From the NCBI GenBank assembly GCA_004431415.1, contig QPMI01000626.1:256905-320904 (forward strand): 64,000 nt of DNA. The letters run 5' to 3'. This stretch comes from Cyanophora paradoxa CCMP329. Taxonomy: Eukaryota > Plantae > Glaucophyta. The translations under genes were made by a program, and so were the position numbers. The stretch's first letter is position 1. The number at the start of each line of letters is the position of its first letter. The notes under the pieces are model-generated. The model was not told where the DNA came from and did no database searches. It saw only the letters and a list, made by a program, of their open reading frames with translations. Shown here one piece after another: positions 46,042 through 57,020 of this stretch.

Positions 46042-47424
46042 TTATGAACGAGAAGACCGAAGAATGCGCGTAGTAGGGGCTGTGTAGCTTGCGCTCTGAT
46101 TCTTGAATGATTTATACCACCGCTGACTGTTTACCTCTGAGAGCTTCTCAGTTCCCGCGATCGTTAATTTAGCGAGCTCTCTCAGCGCCCTCTTTGTCTT
46201 TTCTGCGCGATCTTCCAATAATGCGCCTTTTGGAACACTTGCGGCGACATCTATGCCTTCTTTTTGAACCTGCCGGATAGAAGCGGCTTCTATTTCGGCT
46301 GCTTTGATTGCGTTGCCTGATGGCTCCACCACAGCTTCGACCTCTGTAATGATTTGCAATTCGTGCGGCTTAAAAAGCTTCGGCATTACGTTCCCCGCTG
46401 CATCTTGCACCTCTATTGCGTTTCCCCTCCTTCCCACTATTTTGTAGACCTCTCTGCTATACCTTTGGGTCGCGCCTTTATCGAACTTCGATCTCGGCAA
46501 TAATAGGCGGACGTGGAGACCCGGCTTAAAGTCGCTGAATATATCCTTTACGATTGTGTTCTTTCTCGAAATAATAGCCGCTCGGATCTGCTCCATATCT
46601 GAGAGCTTTACATCCCCCGGTTTCATTCCTATGGTTCTGTGAATGGTGTTATTGTAATTGAAAACGAAGTCGTCCAATTTATCCATAAACCGCACTGTAT
46701 TATAGGCGACACAGTAATTGTTTATCATCGTTTTTAGGGTCAAATGAAAGCGATTCATAATTCCCAGCGAAGTGTGATCTCCGACCTGTTTAAAGCGGTG
46801 TTCTATTCCGTTATTTTTAACGATCTCCTGAAACTCCTTTGCGATGAATTCTGAGCCGTTATCTGTCTCTAAACGCTTCATTGGAGCCGGGAGCTCTGTG
46901 AGCATCTCCGCAAAAGCGGCGGCAACACTTGCGCCCTCCTTATTCTTTAACTTCTTGGCATATGCTTTTCGGCTTGTCATCTCGATGAGAGTAAGGACTG
47001 CAATGTAGCCGGAATTATAATTGCCATATGAGAGATAAAAGATGAGATCTGCTTGGTAGCACCACGGCGGGGCTGTGATGGGAATAAAAGCGGTTTGGGT
47101 CGGTGCGGGGGGCTTCTTGTTGATCTGCATAAATTCTTGTTTCGCTGCGACATCTTGCACTTCTTTCAATGTGAGGCTCTTGTCCTCTTTTCTCAGCTCT
47201 TCGTACAATGCCGATGGGTTCTTAAAACCTGTCTTCGGGTCATACATGCGTCGCACGATCTTAGAGGACGGGTTAGCAATGCTAAAAGGAACATCTCCTA
47301 ATAAATTTGATTTTGCTTGGCGTTTTGTGATTTTTTGGGGGATTAGCTCAGTTTCAGGAACCGCGATAGGTAGTATGGTGGTCTCTGTCTCCTCTCCCGC
47401 TACCCTTCTAACGATCCGTGACAT
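46042..47424 (-). CDS. Retroviral-like (rve) integrase of the Polinton type
   Basis: YQADL, ETDNGSEF, GIMNRFHLTLK, YNNTIHRTIGMKP and FKPGLHVR..FDKG...YSREVYKI. Confidence 0.95.
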   Translation of the reverse strand: MSRIVRRVAGEETETTILPIAVPETELIPQKITKRQAKSNLLGDVPFSIANPSSKIVRRMYDPKTGFKNPSALYEELRKEDKSLTLKEVQDVAAKQEFMQINKKPPAPTQTAFIPITAPPWCYQADLIFYLSYGNYNSGYIAVLTLIEMTSRKAYAKKLKNKEGASVAAAFAEMLTELPAPMKRLETDNGSEFIAKEFQEIVKNNGIEHRFKQVGDHTSLGIMNRFHLTLKTMINNYCVAYNTVRFMDKLDDFVFNYNNTIHRTIGMKPGDVKLSDMEQIRAAIISRKNTIVKDIFSDFKPGLHVRLLLPRSKFDKGATQRYSREVYKIVGRRGNAIEVQDAAGNVMPKLFKPHELQIITEVEAVVEPSGNAIKAAEIEAASIRQVQKEGIDVAASVPKGALLEDRAEKTKRALRELAKLTIAGTEKLSEVNSQRWYKSFKNQSASYTAPTTRILRSSRS

Positions 47425-47443
47425 TTCTTCTAATTAAACCTGT

Positions 47444-50400
47444 TTATTTTTTGCTGCAATTGCACCCGTGATGCGCGAGTTGACAATTGTCTTTAAGGTG
47501 TGGGCGCTTATTATTGATGCGATCCACGACGAGCCTGTAATTCGGATCTTGCGGCTCAATCGGAATCGGAAGGGAACAGAGCGCACAGGCGCCCTTCTGT
47601 TGCTTCTTGCGCTCTAATATCCACTCCGGCGTAATATAATCCGCCTCGTTGAAATCGCGACCGGCACGCTGATCCTGGCATTTATAACCGCGGATCTTCG
47701 TTTTCAGATATTCGATGTAGTCGCTCTTTCCTTGGAACTTGTGAATAGGTGTATAAATCAGCACCGTAGACAGATCGCGGTTACGAGTGAGCGCGGTATA
47801 GAACCATTCGCGAGTGGTATAGCGGAACGTAGCCTCACAAATGACAATGCCCGAATCAAGTGTGAGACCTTGCGTTGAATGACCTGTTCCTGCATAAGGG
47901 AGAGAAAAATGTTCTAACATCGCGCACGGAACCTCGAACGTGACGCCATCGAAGACGTCAGTTAATGTGACCATTTGCTTGGTGATTTTGGTGATCCGAT
48001 AGGTGTAATTTGTGTATGCGTTAATAGACTCACCCTCAGACCGCGAAATGCGTAGATACCTGCGACAAACGACCTCCAAACCCTTGTAGAATTTGATGCC
48101 GTTGACCTCTACGGTTGCAATATTTACTTTTCGTCTATCGTGCATCAGTTTGTTATAGGCTAAGGTCATTTCGTTTCTGTAAGCGATGCCAAAGTAGCCG
48201 TCGGGAATGGCGCTTAGATCATTAATTGTCGGCAACCCGTATTTCGAGATAATCTGTGAGGCTTCGAGTCCGTTTTCGAAGAGATCCTCTTTAATCGCCC
48301 GAATTAATTCACGGTCTGTCTCCTTCTTGTGCCGCTTGTTTATGCGTAGACTCAGGACATTAGGGAACATGCTCTGCACAGCGCGCTTATAGTAGCCCTT
48401 GCGATCAGAAACCGAGAGCTCGTCATTAATTGGTTCGTTCTGATAGGTATCGCCATTAGCCAAATATTTGATATCCGGATAGCGGTCTATGAAAGTCTTG
48501 ATCTTAGCGAGATCCTTTACGGAATACGCGAATATCTCGTCGAACATTATATGGCTGAACTCGGAGACGAACGCCCTCTGGTCTTTTTCGCTCATAGCCT
48601 CTTCGTAGGTCTGATCATTTGAGACACGGATCCCGAGAACATTATATAAAGTACGAACGGTAATATTCTCGATTCCGCGGACTTTGAGAGAGTCCCTCAG
48701 CTCCGCGCACTGTTTGTTATAGGGGCAAATAACTAAGCAATTCGACTTTTGAGATGCGAAACAGTTAATACCGAGTGTCGACTTTCCACTTCCGGGCATG
48801 TCAGCAAGGACAAGCATACGATTATGGAGCTTCGCAACCCAATTAAAGCACTCCGGATTAAATTCGTCCCTCAGCGAGAACCGGTTAATGAGTGTCTCGG
48901 GATCCTGAAATTCGAGAGTTACACCCGTGGTGGGCGGAGTGCATTCTCAGGGCATCTTTTCCCGGGAATATAGCTGAATTTGCCCATGTTCTCAAACGCA
49001 TTTCGGTCGAACTCTTTCTTACTTGTCCATGAACCTTCGATATATAGGCAATCCGTTCTGATCCCGGCAACCTTGTGCCCGCGCGCTGTCAGGCGCTTGT
49101 ATTGCGCAAACATATTGGCACGGTTGCGATCGTAAATATGAAAGTGGATAGGAAGGAATCCGTTAACGAGCTCGCGGTGGGAGCTGATCTTAACGAAATA
49201 GATGTGACCTTCGAATTCGCTAAGAGTTTTGACACGTTTCGAATTCTTAGGATTGAAAGTAAACACCTCTACTGTTCCTCCGCATTCTTGGGCGAACCTC
49301 TCAGCCTCGGCACGGTTGTAGAACATTTTCGTGGATGTTTGCGAGTCTTGGAATTTGCCGAGCATTCCGATCTCTTTCACTAAAATGTGCTTCTTATCTG
49401 TGGTTTGAATGTCACTTGAAAGTACTTTCTTCATCTCCGAGATCGACGTATTGGGCACCAAATGCGAAGGCTCCGCGACCGCGATAATCTCTATCTTGTC
49501 CTTTACGTCCGCCCAATGCATGGAGAGAGTGTAGCCTGTCATGAAATTATAACAGCGACCACTCACGGAAAATGCGCGATCCAGAATAATTTCGATTCCA
49601 TCAATCTTGCGAGACATGGCGGCATCATAATCTACATCCTCATCATCGGCGAAAGTCGCTTGCTCTCTCTCAAACGCAACAACACGCACGTAGTAGATCG
49701 CGTATTCGAGAATATCGCTTCCCGCTTTAAAGGGAACGAAGTCATCGAATACATTGTATTTCGGAAGATATTGCATGCCTTTTAGAATCGAAGGGTAGCA
49801 CTTCGCCATATCGACAGCTGTGTAGGTGGCTTTCGGGTTCGGCTTATAGAAAAAGCCGCTTAGTGCGGATCGCTTGTAGTGCGTGAGAATTTCGCGCATG
49901 TTCGGGCTGTAATGTGAGATATTCGTCGCATTTAGTAGCGACTCGCGGAACCCCTTACCGATTTCACAGACCTTATTATAATACTCCTCTGTTTCGAAAT
50001 CTTGCTCAATAAAGTGGTCGGTTGTGCGTGGATCTTTGATAGAGAACATCGAGCCATTAGCTTTGAATGTGATGCTGTCGATTTGTTTCGATGGTGTTAG
50101 CTTCACTGCGGGCTCATATCGCATTTTCAGGAACGTAAATAGAAGACCTTCCAGACCTTCGCGCCCAGTATAAAGAATGCGGATGAAACTGCGCTCGTCG
50201 GGCGATAGTTTTAGTTGCGTGATCTTTAACAAATCCTTGGATGTGTGCGCGAAGATATCGTGAGTAAGACACGTCGGAATTTTATAGAGTGCTAACGAAG
50301 AGGTCGACTTAGGAACATGATTATCGAGCTCTTCGACCTCCATCTTTGCCATGCGCATTTCGAGCGACTTGATGTTATCGTTGAATATATAGATATGCTT

Positions 50401-51753
50401 GTTGTGAATCATAAAGTGAATATTGCGGGGATTGATATTTTTGTTAATTGATTCTGCCGCGAATTTGTATACTAACTTACCGTCGACATCAAAGACGCGG
50501 AAGCCTGTCTGAATTCTCTTACAGAATTTCTCGATGTGGCGGAGGGTGAGAGCCAGAGAGTCGCCAGGTGTGCGTTCGTGACCGTGAAAGAATTTATAGA
50601 GACCGTCGTAGGACATAGTTAAGTCAGTATATCGCGGTTTTGGCGCCTCCTGACACTTCTTAATGGACGCTCCCCATGTGGAGATGATCATATCGTAGCC
50701 GCAAGCGTTAGATGTCGATGATTTGGGAAGCTCAATAATATCTTCGAACTCAGACGCGTTTGGATTTAATGTGTAGTCTGTGAATTTGCTCATAATCGCG
50801 GTGCATCGCATGCTGTCCATTAGCTCCTCATCCAGAAACGCATAGCGATTTCCAGGGATAGCACCGGCTCCGTCATCTTCGACACCTTCGTCCCCATCGA
50901 TCACGACCTCATGAACAGTTATAAAGGCATCATCGACACTGCCGCCAAAATCATTAAACATAAGGCGTAGTCTTTTCTGTTCATCGGTTGGTGGTGTCTT
51001 AAAGAAGAACACCTCGTATGCTTGTCCGAACGTTTCGAGATATATAGTCAATTCATCGTAGTTTTCGAGTAAACGGAAGATTGATTTTCTCTCTTCCGAA
51101 TAATAACGATTTTGAGCGGTGAGAACTCCATACCGTTTATCGATTTTTGCCAGAGCAAAGTTTCGCAACACCCTCACCGAAACTGTCTCTCTTATATTGC
51201 GGTAGGTGACAAAGGTTTTGTCTTTTATACGTGTTCCGGGAATTCCGGGAATAACAATTACCTCCGACGACCGAGCACCGGATCCAGGTCCCCATAGCTT
51301 GAACGTAATTGTTGCGAGAGTTTCCGGATCGTATGCGGCGATTGGATCGAGAATAGTGCGTTTAATCGCATCCTCTACCGATTTTACTTTACCTCTCTGC
51401 TGCTTCGCTTCGAGTTTCGCTTCTTTCGCTCGTTTCTGTTCTTGCTTGCGATCGAAGCGCTGTAAACGCTTAGCCTCTTGTTCTTTTTGCTTCTGCTTTT
51501 CTATATTAACTTGGGTGCGAGCGGCGCGCTTTTCTTTCCGCTCTGCCCTGCGGAAAACGCGGGGATTAATGATTCCATTCAGAGTATCCCGAATGTCTAT
51601 CAGCGTTTGGAGCTTGGGCTTCCGATTCATTGTGTTGTGCATCGCCCAATGCGCCTGTTCTTCGGTTAGCAAATCCTGACTCAATCCCTGCATAATGTAT
51701 CCGATAATTTCATCCCGAACATTGTTAGCGATTCTGTTGGTTGCGCGCGGCAT
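47444..51753 (-). CDS. Family B DNA polymerase - SF1 helicase - HNH nuclease fusion (about 1435 aa; one frameshift near 48933)
   Basis: PolB motifs DMAKCYPS, KHILVKEIGMLGK and GIRTDC; helicase motifs PGSGKS, FDEI, HSTQGLT and YTALTR; C-terminal CALC..DRINN...H..NC....CN. The helicase frame is open upstream into the end of the 944-aa ORF, and one extra C joins the two ORFs. Confidence 0.85.
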
Positions 51754-51921
51754 CTCTATTAGTTCTTTTAAAATAACCGGAGAAAATAATTTCGGCGCAA
51801 TCTACCAAATTCTCCTTTTCATACCCTTGTCGCCAATTCTTTAAGTGCTTTTTGACCGATACGGGGAATAAAAAGGGAGGTAAAAAATTAATCATTTTTT
51901 GCATCGTGCGGATACTTTCCG

Positions 51922-52335
51922 CTACGGATTTTTCGCGTTCTCGACAACATGCTTTCGGGGTCTCCCAGCGGGCTTTTGCGGCTGGGGCTTTACCGGCGGA
52001 TTCAGCTTTCGTTCCGCTCTCTTTCTGCGTTGGTATTCCCTTGCCTTCTCTCGGATTTTCTCCCGATACTCTTCATCGTCTTGGTATCGCTGCTGTTTAC
52101 GAATTGCAATCTTTTGTAGCTGTTCCGGGGTGAATATCGTAGCCTCTCCGGCGGCTAATCGCTCCTGTTTTTGTCTCTGATGCTTGTTTCGCTGCCGCTC
52201 GGCGTCTTTTTCGCGTTTTAATCTTAATCTCTCCGCCTTCTCCTCTTCTGTGATCACCTTTTTCGGTCGCCCGGGTCTGCGCTTTTCCTGCTGTGCCGCC
52301 ATCGCCTCTTGGTTTGAAATCTTGGGTTTCGCCAT
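51922..52335 (-). CDS. Basic coiled-coil protein with two AT-hook-like motifs
   Basis: RRPGRPKK and AGRPRK flank a K/R/E-rich helix; the candidate promoter motif lies upstream. Confidence 0.75.
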   Translation of the reverse strand: MAKPKISNQEAMAAQQEKRRPGRPKKVITEEEKAERLRLKREKDAERQRNKHQRQKQERLAAGEATIFTPEQLQKIAIRKQQRYQDDEEYREKIREKAREYQRRKRAERKLNPPVKPQPQKPAGRPRKHVVENAKNP

Positions 52336-52459
52336 TTACTATAACCGGAGAAAATAGTTTTTTGTCACTCTGTATTATTTCCCTTGCCCTTAAATACCTT
52401 TTACCGAAACCTTCAATTTTTGCCCTTGGCTCGATACAAGCGCCACCGAAATTCACCGC

Positions 52460-52876
52460 TCAATAACCATTCCAGACGGTTCTTTCTTGTTGCTGAGGAT
52501 ATACATAAGGGTTTGTTAAGCTGTCATCGTCGCCTAATGCCATTTGATCCAATCTATACATCGGATAAGGGGAGTCAGCGCGCAAATGACCTTCTACAAA
52601 CTCAGGACATGAGCGCCTTCTAATATGCTCTACATGCACGTCCTCTATCTGAGCGGTTTCGATATTGGAACTCATAGCCGCGGTCACAGGCGAGGGCGAT
52701 CGAGATCGTGGGTGGTTGTGATTGTCGCTGTGGTTAGAATATACAGAAAGGCGCCTACCTCCATTATCCTCGCCATCTGATATTTCGATTTCTACGGTTG
52801 TGTCACAGCATGGACTGTGGCAATTAGACACGACGTGAAGCTGAAACATCTCAATGCATTGTGTGATGAAATTCAT
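52460..52876 (-). CDS. Hypothetical viral protein
   Basis: 138-aa ORF in gene-dense context with the candidate promoter motif upstream. Confidence 0.6.
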   Translation of the reverse strand: MNFITQCIEMFQLHVVSNCHSPCCDTTVEIEISDGEDNGGRRLSVYSNHSDNHNHPRSRSPSPVTAAMSSNIETAQIEDVHVEHIRRRSCPEFVEGHLRADSPYPMYRLDQMALGDDDSLTNPYVYPQQQERTVWNGY

Positions 52877-53109
52877 CGACCCTACAAATGGGCAACGTAT
52901 TAAATATCGGAGAAAATAAAAGGGAATGAGGGCTTTACTTGCTCGTGTGTTTCCTTATGAGTTGGTCGACCTTATAATGCTGTTTATGGAGCCGACATGC
53001 CCGTTTTGCAAGGGCGTTCATAGCGCTTGCGCGAGGCAAGCTTGCGTGCCGCTTAGACCCGCTCTAAATACGGGCGGGTTCAGCTTTGCCTTGCGGATAT
53101 TCACAGTCA

Positions 53110-53793
53110 TTAGCGGATATGGCGTTTACCACCGAGCATTGCGGCATAATTCACGGGTGCGGTCGGCACAATATGTGCATATTGCGGGGCGACCGATTGC
53201 TGACGAGTTACGGCTTGCGCATCTGTCTTTTCCTCCTTTTTAATCTCCTCTACGTCGACCTTTTGCTTTAATCCGAGCTTTGAGATCTCTTTCTTTACGA
53301 GCCCCTTTAATTTCTTGCGTTCGTTATAATCTTGCATCCATTTCTCGTAGTTAGAGACTTTCATTTCAAGGTCTCGCACTTTCTCTTCAAAGCTCATGAC
53401 AACGTCGACAGGAACCGTGTGTTTTTGATAGGATCCGCGCTTTTTAAGCTCAGTTTCGGCGGCTTTTGGGACGTCTTGCGTTTTGTGCTGGCTTGCGACA
53501 ACTTGCGCTTTTAGTACTTTGTCGGTTGCTTCATCGATGGAGCCGCCTCCAATCTGTGGTTTTACAGTAGCTAAATCGTCCATTTGGCGTTTACCGCTAT
53601 CTTGGTTTCCCTTGTCCGCGGTGGCACTCGCAATAATCGCCTCTTGCTTGGCGACCTCTTCTGGCGAAGTGTCTATAAGATATTCGGGCATTTCGAGACC
53701 GCCGCCCGACGTTAATCCAGACTCTTCAAGTCCGCGATTAGGATTACCAGAAGCGACCGTTTGAATGGTTTGAGGCTTCTTTCGGTAGACCAT
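53110..53793 (-). CDS. Hypothetical viral protein with coiled coil
   Basis: 227-aa ORF starting 2 nt after the ATPase stop codon. Confidence 0.75.
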   Translation of the reverse strand: MVYRKKPQTIQTVASGNPNRGLEESGLTSGGGLEMPEYLIDTSPEEVAKQEAIIASATADKGNQDSGKRQMDDLATVKPQIGGGSIDEATDKVLKAQVVASQHKTQDVPKAAETELKKRGSYQKHTVPVDVVMSFEEKVRDLEMKVSNYEKWMQDYNERKKLKGLVKKEISKLGLKQKVDVEEIKKEEKTDAQAVTRQQSVAPQYAHIVPTAPVNYAAMLGGKRHIR

Positions 53794-53795
53794 GA

Positions 53796-54662
53796 TTATC
53801 TTTTCTTACACTTGATTAACATTTTCTTTTTCTTGGGCGAAATTTGCGAAAGTTTGGGGATACCTTCAAGCTCACGCTCAAATTTGGATAAAGTTTTGCA
53901 TACAGTTGTCGAATCTTTGACAGGCGGCGGTTTTGTAGCTTGCTCCTCTTGTTGTTTGCGCTTCTTTTCTTCAAAAGCCGCCCGCTTGTGGAATTTCGTA
54001 AACGGATGGTCATCGATCATATCGGCTTTTTCGACCCACCATCGCACAGAATACCCGGTATTATCGTGAATGATCGCTTGGTAGCTATGACAGAATTCTT
54101 GGAACATGCGCTTAAAACTCTCTTTATCCATGTTCCCGAACTCTTCGTGATATGCTTCAAACTCTCGCATGTTTGACCAGCTTAGGAATATGATATACTC
54201 CGCATTGCTGCGAATGATCGTTGAAAGTTTTGTTAGTTTCTGCGATATTAAAGCCACGGAACAAAACGTATGACGACCTTGCGCCATCAATTTATTTAGC
54301 AAATGATCGCGCGAAAGATCGATAGTTCCGGACTCCAAACAATCGTCGAGTACGATGAGAATATTCTTTGGTTTCTTTCCAGCGATGATAGCTTTCTTGC
54401 GGGCTTCTATGATCGACTCTACATATTCCGGTTTCCAGGTATCATGCACTTCGTCTGTTATTTGACCCCAGAAACCGTTAAAACTCGTAGGACAGAAAAC
54501 CAGAACATACGAGATCTGGTCTTCGAGTTCTTTGATCAGCCACTTTAAGAATACCGATTTACCACAATTGGTTTTCGCCAATAGGAGAAATCGTGCGGGA
54601 AGTTTCACCCTTTGTTTCGGGTTCCATTCTTCGAGATCCATGGGCGTCGTCCCTTTTTGCAT
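53796..54662 (-). CDS. A32/FtsK-family DNA packaging ATPase
   Basis: Walker A AKTNCGKS, Walker B LIVLDD, then QGRH, ISQ and IRSN. Likely start MQKG at 54662. Confidence 0.93.
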   Translation of the reverse strand: MQKGTTPMDLEEWNPKQRVKLPARFLLLAKTNCGKSVFLKWLIKELEDQISYVLVFCPTSFNGFWGQITDEVHDTWKPEYVESIIEARKKAIIAGKKPKNILIVLDDCLESGTIDLSRDHLLNKLMAQGRHTFCSVALISQKLTKLSTIIRSNAEYIIFLSWSNMREFEAYHEEFGNMDKESFKRMFQEFCHSYQAIIHDNTGYSVRWWVEKADMIDDHPFTKFHKRAAFEEKKRKQQEEQATKPPPVKDSTTVCKTLSKFERELEGIPKLSQISPKKKKMLIKCKKR

Positions 54663-54720
54663 TCTTTCACTATAAAAACAATAGAAAAATAAGACTGAAT
54701 GTGGTAATCGCACGAATTCC

Positions 54721-56033
54721 TCATGCTGATACTCTTCGGATTCCGTCGGCGGAAATTATCATTATGTTATGAGCGAGGGCAATGCACTGAATTTGCATCT
54801 TCTGATACGCGGAGCCCGCATACCACTCCTCATTACCGACTCCACCGGCTGTGACACCATTGAATTCGAAGACCAGATCGAACGCCGATGTGCCTGTGGC
54901 ATCGATGTAGCCCGTGTTCTCTTGGTTGAGAAGCGACGCCTTTCCGTTTCCAGCACCGAAGTAAATGCCAGTGAGAGCGGGGTAGCTTGTGCTCTCGGTA
55001 AAGATCGCCGAATTATATTTATCTTGAAGTTCGGTCGCGGCAATCATGAGAGGAAGCGAAGTATTCGAGTAAAGGCGGTTATTGTTGAGTTCCACATAGA
55101 AGTTCACAGCGTTGGTTCGGAGTGCACGAGGAGCCAGAACCGAGAGAGTTCCGTTGTTCACCTTCGTCTTCGCGTTTTGGCGCACAGAGAATACGAGAGT
55201 GTGGATGAGACCCGCACCTGTGAGTTGCGAGAGATTGACTCGCGAACCGGAGGCGGTCGGCTGGAAATCTGTGTGTAGGAAACCGATTTCGTTGTAGGGG
55301 ATCGCGATACCAGTCGATTTAACACGGGCAATGGTCTCAGATACAACCGCCTCATCGGCATTTACGACCTTGCAGATAATGCGGGGTTTCAGCACTTGAA
55401 GGGAAGCACCACTGTTTACGACCGAAATATTGCCAACATTGTTTACATCCTCAATGATACCATCACCAATCGCCTTGAATTCGATTTCGACCACGATCTC
55501 AGAGTTCAGAGCGCAAAGTGGGAACATCGCCTTCTCGAAAGGAGAGGGTAAATCGATTTCGTAGGTTCCACCGACAGTGTTACCAGCGGTTCCGACAAGA
55601 CCACCCACATAGCGAAGTTTCTTATCGAGTTCGCCCTGTTCGGTCATCAGTAGAAAATACTGGGTGACGAAATCCTCTGGGACAACATAGCGGAATGAAG
55701 CGTGAGAGATTTCAATGCGCTTAATTAGCGATCCAATAACGCGAAGGTAGCCAGTAGTTCCAGCGACACCATTCGTGAGATCAGTGAGGGTGATCGGGTT
55801 AAGATCGAGTTGCAGCGCGAGACCATTCAGGAAATGGTAGCGGGGGATTTTGAAGACAACTCGGTTGCCGAGAGCGCTGGGTGGCTCAGTGTCGGGGCGA
55901 CCAGAACTCGAAGTGGCTTAGTGCCAGAGGACGTTCCAATGACCAGCGACTTGTTTAGGAAATAATCCTTGTAGTCATCGGTGGTGAGCATAGATTTCAG
56001 CGTTGGGCGCTGGAATTGGCTGTTAGTCTCCAT
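54721..56033 (-). CDS. Major capsid protein (predicted double jelly-roll, about 437 aa; one frameshift near 55895)
   Basis: METNSQ...VLVAP joins DTEPPSALGNRVVFKIPRYHFLNGLALQLDL...LIKRIEI...IDLPSPF..FPLCAL...VEIEFK when one base is added to a 4-C run. Beta-rich; lies between the ATPase and the pentons. Confidence 0.85.
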
Positions 56034-56080
56034 GAGCGTTTCTTCTCTTATCTTTGGGATCAGAAAATAATTTACAGGGC

Positions 56081-57004
56081 TCAATAGAAATTCATTTCGG
56101 GCGGTGCGTCGTAGGTTTCGATTTCAAAAGTGAAATAATGCGCCCAAACCCCGAAATCTAAGAGAGCGCCATCATGGTCGATGAGTTTAATCGTGAGGCG
56201 GTCGAAAGATTTTAATTCGCGGAATTCACGAATGAGAGGCACCGTAGTGGACGTGTCGAAGTGGTAGATATCACCATGTTCGAGTTCCTGTGGGATTGGA
56301 ATGCGCATGAAATAACCATCGACGTGCTTGTTGACTGAGCGAATAAACGGCGCAAATTCATCAATATATAGCCAGATCATCGCCGCCGGGTCTCATCTCC
56401 ACGAGTATAGCCGCGAATGCGTCGATTGAGTGTCACAGTTCCCGTCCCAGGATTAAACACAAGGAATGTATCGCTTGCAAAAGGGGTAAATGTCTCGTAA
56501 ACATATAGCTGAATATCTTTGAAACCGAATATTGCGAGTTTCTTAGCGATTGCTTTGCGATTACTGGATTTTCTGAGTGTTTCAGGGGAAGCTTTGGAGA
56601 ACTTGAACCAAAAGTTACTATCACTGAAAAACTCATAGATCTTTGAAGTAGTATTATAGCGGCATTTAATATATTTTCCACCGAAATCTGAAAGGCGAGC
56701 TGCTTCGAGTCTTTCTGTGACTTTTGCGCAAGGTCGTCTTTGGTGTAAAATCCTTTGGGATTGTGATGGTCACGAATCCGGAATCCGAAGCTGTGACCGA
56801 GAAATAGAGTTCCATGCGCTCGATGGTTGCACCAGTCGCGTCTATATCGTTTGTCACGGTCGAAAGAACATTGGGAACCGTTGCCTGCACCAGGCGCACC
56901 GATTTTACGTTGTCATAGCGACGGGGTAATGTCACTACATACTGGTTTGGCTGAGTAAACTCCTCATCGCGATCATCGCTCGAAAAGCTCAGGTATTCTT
57001 TCAT
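56081..57004 (-). CDS. Minor capsid (penton) protein 1 (three single-base frameshifts)
   Basis: FSSDDRD...PNQYVVTLPRRYDNVKSVRLVQATVPN, restored IPKGFYT, IWLYIDE, and FDRLTIKLIDHDGALLDF...FTFEI. Confidence 0.85.
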
Positions 57005-57020
57005 CTTACTATAATAGATT

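Noticed and set aside
48919-48945. Programmed ribosomal frameshift between PolB and helicase
   Set aside because: No canonical slippery heptamer, and the same one-base-loss pattern affects many unrelated genes.
52926-53243. Plus-strand 105-aa ORF in the virus
   Set aside because: It overlaps the 3' end of 53110..53793 on the opposite strand and has no recognisable motif. A shorter real gene cannot be excluded.
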